Part shown: positions 1 to 27,500 of the stretch, piece by piece
Numbering within the stretch: position 1 is the first letter of the stretch
Layout: each line of letters opens with the position of its first letter
DNA from: Podarcis bocagei
Lineage: Eukaryota
Length of the DNA: 64,000 nucleotides
Direction: 5' to 3' (one strand)
Assembly (NCBI GenBank): GCA_964188305.1
Contig: OZ076895.1
Notes under the pieces: model-generated
Told to the model about the DNA's origin: nothing
The model's database searches: none
The model's input: only the letters and a program-made list of their open reading frames with translations
Translations under genes and position numbers: made by a program

Positions 1-1080
1 GCACAGAGGCTACCTAAAAATAAAATGAAAACCCTTAGGTAGCTTTCTGGATAAAATAAATGATTTTCTAAAACCACCTTTCGTTTATGCAATAATTTAA
101 TAAAAACTAAGTAATCTCACGGACAAGGTGAATAGTACTTGATGGCAGAGGGGTCCAACTCAATTGCATTTGAGCAATGCTAGGTCATAAAATAAACAGC
201 ATTGCAAACAGGACAATTCCCAGAGTCAATCTAACAACAATTTATACAGATAGTACCTTATTGAGCATGAACTGTGTTTTCTATACCTTAACTCCAAAGC
301 ACATCCTAACAGTTTGCAAAAACCTACTGCATGAGTGGTGAATAAAGCATACGGATTAGCACCACTTAATAGTTGGACTTTTTCTGCTGCTTTGTACAGA
401 AGAAATATGCAGCCTGCTAAAACCTTTTCTAGGCTCAAACTAGAATGTCAAACAATTCCGTAGAAAATATGTGGGAGTCCTGTTATACTTTGATTAGCCT
501 CAACCCTACTGCCACTTACATGGGTACAGAAGAATAGCATCTAATGTATCAAACTTTTATTAGCAGAGATTTCAAATGAAACTAGTTTTAACAAGTGTAA
601 TGGGAAAATAATATAATCCAGTTTCTGAACATAATGAAGAATATCCAGAGTTCTGATAAATGGAATATTTGCATTGTCATTTAAATAAGTGTCATAACTG
701 AAGTATCAAATAATGTTTAAGCTGGCTAGTGGATTTATCATAAATGAATGGGGGGGAAATGAGCAGAATAAGACCAACTTCAATTCCCCATTCATAGAAA
801 GAACCTATCAAGCTATGCAGTATATGTCAGTGTACCACAGCTGAGGGCAGATAACATTCCTGAAAGTTCGTAACTTCATGACTTAAAGCAAGGCAAGACT
901 CATGCTATATAAGACAAAACTTCAGAAAAGTAGACCATGCCTTGTGTTGATATCCGGTGTAAGTAGAGAAAGAATACATCTACAGGATTTAATAAGGCAG
1001 GCTTTTCCCCCAGAGCACTGCTGCCTAGCACTTTTAACACTTTTAAAAACCATATTTGGTATTAGATCCATAAATCTGTC

Positions 1081-1403
1081 TTTATTTTTTACAAAATGGA
1101 TTCCAGGAAGTTAAAAGGCAATACCAGAGACAACTTAGGCGCAGAAATCAGGTGTAGTCATTCAAAGCATTCAAGTAGGGAATATGGTAATATAAATATT
1201 CAAAAGCCTTCTCTCAGAAATATTAAAACAATATGTATAACCCATTCCAAACTAAGAAGTAACCTGAAATACTCTAGAGGCCTCAAAAGCTGTTTTTCTT
1301 TTTGTTAGATACATGAGAGAACTTGCCTTTGATTAAAGTCCTCTTTCCGAACATGGAAAGTTATCACATGGGGTCCACTGTTAAAACAGACTGCAAATTT
1401 ATT
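1081..1403 (-). terminator. Candidate METAP2 polyadenylation signals (AATAAA on the minus strand at 1398-1403 and 1081-1086)
   Basis: tttatt hexamers downstream of the stop codon; which one is used is unknown. Confidence 0.35.
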
Positions 1404-1456
1404 CTGGCATAATGTGTTCCAACAGAGTACATAGGTGAGGTAATGGCCTTGAAGTT

Positions 1457-16034
<14,578 letters not shown>

Positions 16035-18192
16035 GTTGCAGCGCCGCCGCCGCCTCCTCTCCCACGACTAGCCGCCGCCAGCGAGCGAGAGCCAGAGACC
16101 GAGGGTGAAGGGGAGGCCGCTCCAGCCCCAGATACTCTATGGCTCAGCCCTGGGGCACGTCGGGAAAAATGGAGGGCTAAGAATCCCGTCGGGTAGCGGG
16201 GGGAGGACGAGCAGCGAGCACGTGCGCTGTGGAAGCGTGAGAGAGTTGTTGTCTGTGAGGCTGTCCGTGGGAGGTGCAGTTTAGGGCCGGGCTCCTAGCT
16301 CATGCCGTCGCCTGGGCCTCCTCTCTTCACACCACGTGGTTGTTGGGTTCCCCCCCCCGCCCCTCCTCGCAACCAATTTCCCTGAGTAGGTTGCAGCAAA
16401 ACTTAACGTAGAGAGCTTCATGGCACCTTAAAAGACTAACCGTGCAAACCTATGCTGCTTGTCTGTCCGTTCAAAAGGAAGCCCCGTTGAGTTCAGCGAG
16501 TGAGTCTTCCTTTTATCTAAAACTGTGGCGGGATTGCACAGCACATTTTATTCTGGCATAAATTGTCCCTGGACCAGAGCCCATTTCATCAGATGTGTAC
16601 ATGGCACCGTAAATTCGACAAGACTGGATTTGTCTGCTTCTATCACTAATCTAAAATGCTGATTTTGAAAAAAGTTGCTTCAGAGACTTAACTCCTGTTA
16701 TATTTCGATATACTGTAGGATGGATCATAGGCCCAACATGCGCCTGAAAAACAACACTGAAAAGTACTATAAGGTACACTCAACTAAATAGACTAGGAGC
16801 ATACCTACCTGACAAGATGTTCACCATAGATTGTTTTTGTTTTTCATTTTAGTATGTTGTCAATTCTTTATTGTTTTTAATTGTAATTACCTCATTCAGC
16901 AAGGGATACCCACAGATGCACATCTGGACCCGTCAGTGCTCATTCTGAGAGTATTGTCATTTAATGAATGATAACTAACATCTGTTAGATGTGAATGGGG
17001 ATGTGTGTGCTATTAGAGCTGGATCAGGGGAGCTACTTAAGTTATGAAATAACTTAATTTTAATAAAATTAAAACATCGCAGCCAAATGCCTATCAAGCT
17101 GTTCTCAAGCCAAACAAATACTATATGCCCACCAATGTGTTTTCATGCCAGAAAAAAATTAATGCCCATAGTTACCAGCCAGAAAAATAATTGTACGAGG
17201 TGGAGGTAGGTGCAGAATGCATCCATGGCCAACTGGAGCAAAACAACTGCTGTGGTTGATGAGGGAGCGACAGATCTGGACCCTTTCATTGATCAATACT
17301 GTATATAACAATGCAGGGAAAGTAACCAGGGCTTTCCTTTATTGTAAATCTTCCCAGTTAATTTAAATGTATTGGCCCCAAAACTGGAAGAAAGGAAAAG
17401 AGAATTTACTAAGGACAGTTATAGCAGCTTATGTTTATTACTGAGGGGGCAGAATAAAAAGCCTTTCCCTGTATGGTACTATATGGAAGTGCTGCCTCCC
17501 CCTTGCCCCACTTAATTGCCTTGATTCAGAGTTTCAATTGAATATTGCAGTTTTGGGGCAATGTGTTTTTCTTTAAAAAGCAGTATTGAACAAGGGTACT
17601 AGTCTGTCCTAGAGCTGACTGCCACTTCAGCCCTTAATACATTCACTTAATTTGAGATGGAAGGTTTCCCAGTGTTTCCATTTTATTAAGATTACTTAAT
17701 AAACTTGGTTGACTTTAAAAGATTATTAGACAAATTTATGGAGGATAACACCATTAATATCTATATGATGGCTCTATTCTCTCTCCACTGTTAGGGGCAG
17801 TATTCCTCTGAATACACTCAAAGGTGCACTCCTCCTTTGTCTCCCAAGACAGATGGATGCCAACAACCAGTTGCTGGGAATCACAAGTGGCAATGCTTGT
17901 GGACTTCTCATAGGCATCTGGTTGGTCGTGGAGGGAACAGTATGCTGGACTAGATGTAGCAGGATCTTAATAAGTTCTTACTCTATGGCTTGTTAAAAGT
18001 GAGACATTTAAAACAGCCCCAAGGAATCCTGGGAATGTTAGCTTACCCTCACAGAGTTACGTTACCCAGCACTGTTAACAAACGAGCTTCCATGGTTCTT
18101 TTTTAGGGTAGGGCACTTAATGATGGTGACAAAGCACTGAAACTAAGCAAAAGCTTTGTTTTCATTGAAATAATATCAGCCACCATCTGGAG

Positions 18193-18487
18193 CAGTTAAG
18201 CATCCTAATAACCATTTACTTCTGCTGGTGCGCATATGAGTACCTTTAATAGTGGCTAGCTTGCTGCTTGAAGCTTAGAAGTGGCTGCAGAAAGGAAGTA
18301 TGGTTCGGTATAATCCACACCATGTGGTAACTAAGCAACAGGGCTTTTCAACAGTGTGTTGACTGACTGCGACCACAGAGAGGCAACTTTTATTCTGTTC
18401 ACTTTGAAAGAGACAGCTTTTAACTGTTACATTTTACATTACTGACAAGCAAGATCTGCTCTCTGTGGGAAGACTTCTAAGGTACGT
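18193..18487 (+). promoter_or_regulatory. Candidate promoter / non-coding first exon of the C3orf20-like gene
   Basis: X-box-like GTAACTAAGCAAC at 18327-18339; MYB-like CAGTTA at 18193 and TAACTG at 18421; donor AAG|gtacgt at 18481/18482. Confidence 0.35.
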
Positions 18488-19254
18488 TATAACATTTATT
18501 GACAAACAGAATCATACAAGGGAGGTTTGAAAAGAGAGAGTACAACAGAGACAGATAACAAGGAATTATCTAAACCTGTATTAAGGAGGAGTTTTAACAG
18601 GGAATTATTTTGTTTGTTCTGTTTATCAGAACAGTCCATAAATACCTGTAAATCTATGGCATTAATGATAACCTTCTAAATGCTGGTGGAAAACTGCTGG
18701 AGATCTGAAAAAAGGGAGTAAGCCGTATTAACCACATTTGATAAATATAACCAACACGATCGCATAAAATGTTCTGTAAAGGTATTTTTTGAATTTAACG
18801 AAACTCTTTTTACATTGTGTCTGAAGATGAAAGTTTAAGTCTGGCTTTATTGCTAGCTTTTGTAAACTAGAGCAATCAATAAATTATTGCTGATATTATT
18901 ATTTGTTAAAATTTGATCCTGACATTTTCTTCTAAAAGAGTCCAGAGCAACAAACACCAAAGTGGTAAAACAATACAATTAAAAATAAACATTCAAAAAC
19001 ATCTAAAAGCATTAAAACATATAAAATGTTTATTTTATTTAAAAAATCCAAAATCTGCAGAAGGGCAGTACCTCCAATTGCATCAGCCAAAATGTCATGA
19101 AATATCTTTGCTTCCTTGTCCCAAGGTGCAAAGCCCTAGGTGCAACCTGAAACCTGCATAGCACATAGTATGGCTTAGTTCAGTTAAGGCCGCAATCTTA
19201 TACATCAGGAATGGAGAAGCTTTTTTCAGCCTATGGGCTGTATTCACTCATGGA

Positions 19255-19569
19255 CAGTGCTGGATTTACATATAAGCTAAACAAGCTATAGCTTAGGGCC
19301 CCACTCTTTTGGGGGCCCCCAAAAAATTTAAAGGAAAAAAACCTGTATGTACATTTCCAAAATATAACTTCAACAATTACTTTGATAAAATACATATTTT
19401 GTTATGTGCAAATGGCTTTAGATATCTATTAGGTCCATAAATTACCATATAGCATATATTCAACACAAAAAACAGCTACAATTTGTTGTTGAGAAAGGAC
19501 AGTTGGACATATAAAGGGCCCCATTACCTTCAGTAGCTTAGGGCCTCATCAAACCTAACTGTGGGCCTG
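19255..19569. mobile_element. hAT-type non-autonomous DNA transposon (MITE)
   Basis: 8-bp TSD ctcatgga at 19247-19254 and 19570-19577; CAG...CTG termini; internal repeated tagcttagggcc. Confidence 0.7.
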
Positions 19570-20683
19570 CTCATGGACAACATCTTTAACAAACTGAAGT
19601 TCCCAGGATTCTTCGGGGGAAGTCATGTGCTTTATATGTGCCTTGGATGTGCTTTAAATGTATGGTGTGGACCTGCCATCTACAGTATTCTCTTACACCC
19701 CAACTTAAAGACTGTGACTAAATGCAGACTTTGTGGCTTCAGCATCAAGCTACCTTTCTGTTCCTGCCCCCCCCCCCAACTTAATATCCAGCCTGGAAAA
19801 TTCAATAACGTAATATCCAGCATGTTCACTGCTACAAAATGTCACAAAGGAGTTGCATAACTATGGAGTTTACATTGTTTTTAATGCAGCAAAATATCTT
19901 TATATACTTTTTGTTTTATTTTTGAAGACTTGTTTGTCAATGAAAGGAGTTGAGTTTGTAACCATTGCAATCCATTTGCATTGCCAAATGATTGGCTAAT
20001 TATTTAAAGTCGAAAAATTATTTCAACTTTATTGAAATGGCAATATACAGTAATTTTAGTCTCATTCTTAAAACCATTGGCTTGGCTCCAGAACAGTCAC
20101 ATTTAAAGCAAATGATCTGTTCAGTATTAGGTATAATAAAGATTATGGCTTTAAAGCAATGATACAGCTGTAAAAGGTGAACATATACAGTAATCCTGAC
20201 CTACTATGAGATAGATGGCCTGTCAGCCTTAATTCAGAAGTATATGTATTATAAGTTTATATCAGTCTGTATAATAATATGCCCTTAATATTATTTTGAT
20301 GTTATAGAATCAAAGCCAAAATTAATTGTGAAAATATGAATTAACTATTCAAGCTGCAAATAAATGCAGTGGATACATAAACAAATTTTATTCACAGAAG
20401 TTAGGAAACAATTTAATGTTTATTTTGGTTTCAAATGCAGGCAGTCCTTGCATAACAGTAGAAATGGCAGCTGTGTCAATTGGATCCTTGGATCAGTTTG
20501 TATTTCATTTAAAGCAATAGATTTGCAATATTAGTTTTGTCTTAATGTCCATAGTTGAAAGCTAGTTGTTCTACCACAACTGTTCCTTTCTTCACCTGGT
20601 TCAAATATGTTTTAGATCTCACTTCTGCAAGGAGTTGCATAAAATTAGTACCCCATTGCAAAGAAGTCAAACTATTTCCAAAC

Positions 20684-20687
<4 letters not shown>

Positions 20688-20724
<37 letters not shown>
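20688..20724. repeat. (TG)n microsatellite followed by a short (AC)n
   Basis: Direct reading. Confidence 0.95.
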
Positions 20725-20726
<2 letters not shown>

Positions 20727-20999
20727 ACACACAAACACACTATACCATATTACACCAATTAAATGGCTACAGGTGTCATTCATTAGCTACAAGTCTCACT
20801 CCACTGATAAGTATGCAGAATGCAAAATACTTCTCCCATGAGAGCTCTATGTGCACAGTTGTACACTTGAGAAGGCCTGCTGCGTTTTCAATTTCTGTTA
20901 GATACTACTTTAGGAACACCAAATCTGTCTTGGTTATAGATTCAGGTAGGTAGCAGTGTTGGTCTGATGCAGTCGAAAGAAATAAAAAAATTACAAAAT

Positions 21000-21354
21000 T
21001 GTCCAGTAGTACCTTAGAGACCAACTAAGAGAGACAGTGTGGTGTAGTGGTTAAGAGCGGTGGACTTGTAATCTGGGGAACTGCATTTGAATACCTGCTC
21101 CTCCACATGCAGCTGCTGGGTGACCTTGGGCCAGTTACACTTCTCTGAAGTCTCTTAGCCTCACTCACCTCACAGAGTGTTTGTTGTGGGGAGGAAGGGA
21201 AAGGAGGTTGTGAGCCACTTTGAGACTCCTTCGGGTAGTGATAAAGTGGGATATCAAATCCAAATTCCTCTTCTTCTAAGTTTGTTCTGGATATAAGCTT
21301 TTGTGTGCTTATACCCAGAACAAACTTAGTTGGTCTCTAAGGTGCTACTGGACA
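21000..21354. mobile_element. Penelope-like inverted-repeat remnant interrupted by a SINE
   Basis: Left arm tgtccagtagtaccttagagaccaactaag..tttgttctggatataagc; right arm gcttatacccagaacaaacttagttggtctctaaggtgctactggaca. Confidence 0.7.
21030..21275 (+). mobile_element. tRNA-derived SINE inserted into a Penelope-like inverted repeat
   Basis: A-box tggtgtagtggtt; CTT-rich tail; TSD ctaag; similar to 26291-26541. Confidence 0.85.
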
Positions 21355-21478
21355 TTTATTTATTTATTTTGTCTTGGTTATATTTCATTAAAAAACACAA
21401 CCATTTGTATTCTTGTGTCCCATTTTTCTTGGCATATTCATATTTTATCTCTGTAGGCACAAAATCCTACTGAGAGAA

Positions 21479-21523
21479 ATGGCTGAAACCCTGGAACAAG
21501 AACCCATATATTTCTTTGACCAG
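21479..21523 (+). CDS. C3orf20-like coding exon 1
   Basis: Acceptor ctgtag before 21457; ATG in gaaATGg context; MAETLEQEPIYFFDQ|gtattt. Confidence 0.6.
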
Positions 21524-24500
21524 GTATTTCCCATCTCATATTTGATATGTTATTACTGTATTGCTCTCTCCAAATCTATTAAGGGTTTAATAAAATCCTA
21601 TATTTTATTCTAGCTCAAAACCAAACAAAAGCGAAATATGAAAATAGAACCAGGAGAACACTTTGTTGATATAAATTTAGTCAGCACAGATCCAGATCCT
21701 CATGAAATTCACAGGTAATAGTGGTGACGTATTTAAATTGCAATAACTAATTGAATGCATTAATGAATTGATATATTGTATTAAAATGTAGTCTTTCCCC
21801 CGTTTTTGTTGGTTGGAAAGTTCAAATGGGAAAACTGTTAAGGGCATATTGCAACTTGAAAATTGTTCACATTTTGTTTTTTTAAAGGATGAATAGGATG
21901 TAAAAGGGCACTATTCCAGCAGGAAGCAAGTATGTATTCTGTACTTCCTACTTACCTAAGTCCTGCTGTTCTCATAAGAATTTAAGCCTGAATACATATA
22001 TAGCTGTGTCTGAAGATTTCTGTACATAGTTATGTCTTCTTCACACCTATAGTATTTGGTCTATATCAGGGTAGTCCAACATGCAACATTTGACACCCCT
22101 CCCCCAGCCCAGTGGCAGACCTACATTTTTGAGTCCCGCTTAGTATGAAAAGTCTGTATTCTCGAATTAAAGGCATAACATACATTTACTGTCCACATGC
22201 AGGAACTCTGGATGCATGGATGAACACAGGGAAATAAATGATGCTTTTGTGAAAGACAGTAAAGCAAAGAAAGAACCAGTTTCTACTAAAACAGATGATC
22301 CTTCTATATCCATAAACATTTGTGAGAATCCTCTGGCTCGCCTCTCCCAAATACCTTCATTTCCACCTGCAGAAGAAGACCTACGGTCAACTTCACTGGA
22401 AGAACATAAATGCATGGCTGCTACCATATTATGTGAGCTGGAAGAAACGTTGACGCATTTTACCAAGTTTAAGTTTATTTTACCACAAGGGGTTTTAAAT
22501 ATATTGAGCTCCAGTTGGAAAGATCTCATTGAAGGTGTCTGGAAAAATAAAAAATATTTGCAGGAATTAGCATACAAAAACTTTAAATCAAGGAGAAGGC
22601 AAGCATCACAGGAGTCCAACAGATTGCCACCTACATTTGAATATACTGACTATGAGACGGCTAAAAATGTGAAAAGGAAAAGCAGGAAAAGTGTTGATTT
22701 TCCCATGGGTGCGACAAAAGGAATGGACAATCCTGGAGCTCTGTCAAACAGACTCAATGGAAGCAAGAGTAAGGAATTTTACTGGTTTTCCCTTAATACT
22801 TAATATTCCAGTATCATATAGCAGAGGGTGGTTCAGCTTGGCCATTATACTACAGGGGGCGACAATATTGCAAGTGTTTGTTTGGTGTGCAACTGCTGGC
22901 ACACGTTTTCAGCCCTGGAAGGAGGTGGGGAGGGCTTACATGCACTCCACCAACATGTGGGATGGCCTGGGGCAACTTTTACATATAAGAATAGGAGCAA
23001 ACTGATTGGTTTTTATCCTAATACCAAAACTCAGGGTTTACTTTGACTACTTTACTATACATTTAGCACTCAGTAGATAAAGGTCCCCGATTAGCATAAA
23101 CAGGAGTAGCTCTCATTGAGACTAATTTCAAAGTAAACCTTCAGGCTGCAAGTCTCTAACCTAATAGCATGAATAGGCAACAATGGAGAACATTAAATTC
23201 TAAGATATAGTTTGTCTTAATACATGTTTCTATACAGTGCTTTTTGCAGGGTTAAAAATTAGGTGCTGGTGCACATAAATAAAAGTATTGTGGGCAGCAA
23301 AAAGAATCATACTCTATACCAGTAAATATGACCACACAAAAAACCAGTTGTCCATCACTCGTTTAGAATGATATTTATTCTTGACACATCTAGGCTAGAG
23401 AGAAAATGCCAGCTCTGAAATTTGCTATCTTCGTCCCAGGCCACAATCACAAGTGGAAGTAAGAGATCTCTTGTGATTAATTGAGGAAAGTTGCTGAAGA
23501 ATACCAGCAAATGGCCTTTGCAGCTGAAGTTAGAGAGGTACAAGCACTTGGGGGGGGGGGGCTGGAACTGAAAATAAACTAGGCAATTTTTCAAACCATT
23601 TATTACAGAAGCTTCTCTTTCCCATTTCAAGGTGAGTGAAAAAGTAATCATAGTATTCAGCCAGGAGAGGCAATCTGTACCCAGAGCACTTCATTCAATA
23701 ATGAAAAAAGTTAACAGCACATAAGCACTTACTCTGGCCATTACCTAGCTCTTTGCAAGTTTGTAATTATAAAACAACAAACAGTTCTTAATAAAGAACT
23801 GTGATTATGTGTGCTTATACTGCTGAGGACTCATGGTCAATACTTTTCTTTTCTCTCCTATTTAGCTGCAGTCCCTCAGCAATATAGCAATGATTCACCT
23901 TTTGCAATCAGTTTCTCACTGTCATCAAAACTATGCAAGGAAAGAGGTATTATGTGTGCACTCTCTCTTTCTTCATTCAGGTTAATGTTTAGATTAATGA
24001 GCTACAGTTGGAGGGGAGCAAGCTTATTCATTTACTGTATAAGATTTCTTACCTGCCCTTCAACATAGGGCACCAGGGTGGGTTACAACATTATAATGAT
24101 ACAGTTATGAGGGTGGGATGGGGATGACAAAAGTGAAACAGCTTTAAAAAGAGGGAAAACAATATAGATTAAACAAAAGAGGTGGGTCTCACAACACAAA
24201 ATATATTAACTGTCAAAGGGGAAGGGGGAAAGGTCCATCTTTAGTGTACGACAAAGGTGATGCTAGATGCCCTCACAATCTTCCAGGCTGCCATTCCCCT
24301 TTCTTCTAGTAGGACTACCAAGAGATGATACTTGAGGAAACTATTTTTATTTTCTTTTTAGGTTAATTGGTTCTGGTGGATGAGTGTAATAGGGAATGAA
24401 AAAGAAAATATTAAAGATGGCCTTTACTTCTAACAATAACTAATACTTGTGTTTGTGTTAACAAACCGGCTTTCTTAACTTTTAAATATATATTTTTTGA

Positions 24501-27500
24501 TTAATCAAAAAATGTACTGATGTCTTGGAATTCGACAAGCACTTAAACTTTATTTATTTATTTATTTATTTATTTGCAGCATTTCAGTTAACTAATTATG
24601 AGTTTTTTCATTTCTTCATAAAGGTTGGGTTTTTCAACATTCTGACTGTGACTCTAAAGACCTAGAATGGAAAGCACCGTATGTCTGGGCAGTGGAAAGA
24701 TTACGAATGGCAAAGATTGAAATGTAATATTAAAATGGGATTTTCTATTATGGCTTTTAAAATCTATTCTTGTTAAACTGATTTTTTTCTATTTTATTAC
24801 AGGCTAAAATAACCAGAGATAGTTTAAGATGTGTTAAATTGCTAACACAGATGCTCAAAGAGGTCCATGGGAGAGTATGGAGGGCCTCTGGCGTTTTCTA
24901 ACTGGAAAAGGGTAGCATGGAGGCACTGGCTGTATGAACCAATGGCCTGAATTGGTGCTTCCAATTGGGACTCATATATGACAGCTGTTGCAGTTTTTCA
25001 TAATCAAAGCATCTTCTTTTTTAGCCACTGTGGCTGCACAAATCACACAGTGTGAAAAGTCCTCATGTGAAAGTGTTGCTTCATGCAGTTGGTGCCTTCA
25101 TGCAATCACTGTTGGGCCCAAGAGCAATCCTGTATGACCATGTGGAGCAGGGCTGGCCATACCATTAGGCAGAGTAGGGCTTTTGCCTCAGGCAGGAGGT
25201 GTTGGGAATTTGTGTGCCAAGTGGTCTTCCCTATGTTTCCTGCTTCCCTCAGGTGCAGCACAGTTTTGACATAAGAATCTACTAACAGTCCAGGCAGGTT
25301 TTGGACGTAGACTAGGGGGGCAGCATCCCCTGGTCTTTTCCCTCAGAAAGTAAAATGTCTTGGGCTAGCCTTGATGTGGAACATAAAAAAAAACATGTTG
25401 CAAAACCACATTACAGAAACTCATTTCCTTTGGGGGGGGGAATTAAATAATTGAACATTTGGTATTTGACAGGAGTGGGAAATAAATATACTTTTTTCTT
25501 AGGGATAACAACCTCAGAATCATGATGTCTGGTAATTTTTAAAAACGTCCCCAATGTAGTGCAGACTGAATTAATCCTAGCTAGTATTTTTGAAAAACAA
25601 TAACTACCGGTATATCATTTTCAGAAGTCTTTTACTTTTTTGTGCCCTGTGTTTCCCTGTACAGTTCTAAGTGAATAACTCGATTAATCTTGATGAACTG
25701 AGATCTTCTGTTAGCTATTCCTGTTTTTACACTTGTATGTTTTATATTATTATTGGAAGATTTATTTTCATCTGAGATATAATTATATAGACAAAATCTC
25801 TGCAAACCAATCCATCCCAGAGGAGGAGAGTATGTTTTCTTTTTCAGTGTTTATCACCCCTATTGGCACATAGACCTGGCGCTGAAATCCTGATCCTCAT
25901 TTTGGAAGGTACAGCGCTGACTGCTGCCAGGTTTCTGTGCCAACGCTATTGCACTTGACTTAGTGTTATTGAATGCTTATTCCTAGCCTGGTCAGCAAAA
26001 AGGTGTCCTGAGTGCTATCTTGTTGCAGAGTTTAAGGTGTAAGGAATGTTGGCTTCCAGTGAAGGGTTCTCCTTAGATTTCCTCTAATTAATATTTAGAA
26101 TTACAAGCTTCTGGAATGCTTTCCTGCTTAATTCCCGCCTTCAGTTAAAGGTTTGGATATCTGACTCTCTCAAAGTCAGCAATGTGTAATACATAGACTA
26201 TGAGAAAATTCATAGTGACATTGAAATAAAGCTGCTTGAAGGCTCGTAGAGTAAATATGTTGCCTACCAATGGAAAGGACAGTCCAGTCCAGAGCCAGTG
26301 TGGTGTAGTGGTTAAGAGCGGTAGTCTCGTAATCTGGGGGAACCGGGTTCGCGTCTCCGCTCCTCCACATGCAGCTGCTGGGTGACCTTGGGCCAGTCAC
26401 ACTTCTTTGAAGTCTCTCAGCCCCACTCACCTCACAGAGTGTTTGTTGTGGAGGAGGAAGGGAAAGGAGAATGTTAGCCGCTTTGAGACTCCTTAAAGAG
26501 AGTGAAAGGCGGGATATCAAATCCAAACTCTTCTTCTTCTTTGAATGAAGTACACATAGTAGCTTATGCAAGTCCAAGCCAAAACAATATAACCCTCACT
26601 CTCCTTCAGCACCTACAGTGAAGAAAGCTAGCTGCCCTGTTGCATTTTCCCTGTTTTGCTGGTACTGTAGCTCAGTATCTGCTAGGATACTTAAGAGCTG
26701 CAGGTGACGTGCAAGTTTCTGTGTAAAAGGGACATGGGACATGGGACAACAATTGACTCAGAAGTACTTACCACTAAGTCTGGACTGGGGTTGAGCCTTG
26801 GCACTGGTTGGTGTTCCTTTATTAATGTGCTTATTCAGAATAACAGGCAAATAATTGGTAAAGATCTTTTGAAAATAAAACCAAAAATGTAAAATGGGGA
26901 TCAAACGTAGTATAGATTAGGATGTCTGTGTTCGGAATCAGTATTAGGACTCTACCAAGTTGCCTGAGCAGAAGGCAAGTGAGTTTAGACTTGTAACTTA
27001 CATTTTATATTTAGAAAGAAAAACAGTTTAGAGTGTATTTTCAAAGCTCTTACAGGGTTTGGAGTGAACTGAACTGCTTTTTACTCAGATGAATAGAAGA
27101 CTGGTGCCTGGAATATGCTATACTACATTGCTTATTCAGATCATATAGAAAGCTGAACTTTTTCAGCCTAAATGCTAGCTATGTTGAAGACCTTATTTTA
27201 GAGAATTTCTTAGTAAATAATTGATTAAAAAAAAATCTTCCAAACAGAACTGAGCAGCTGTCTAAGCTGAAAGAATCAGGATTTGACAAGCCTATTATTC
27301 TTCGTCATTATGGTGATATGAAGACGGAAACCTTTCCCCAAAACATCAAAGGGCAGCCCAGTAAGAAAGTCTCGTCCGAGAGCCTGTATGAAAAGCCACA
27401 GTTGCCATTGATCAAACAAGCTGATCCAGCCTTAAAAAAACTGCACTATGGATTGGTTGATGGATCATCCTTCATTTAATATCCTTTGAAAGTGTAACAT

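Noticed and set aside
1-1000. Possible 3' end of a convergent neighbour (USP44 by human synteny); plus-strand AATAAA near 99, 191 and 341
   Set aside because: No coding exon is visible and the hexamers are common in AT-rich DNA.
21030-21110. tRNA-like sequence (also at 26291 and 53360)
   Set aside because: SINE heads with A/B boxes that continue into SINE bodies; no full cloverleaf.
22167-22619. 150-aa minus-strand ORF
   Set aside because: Antisense to the large coding exon of the C3orf20-like gene.
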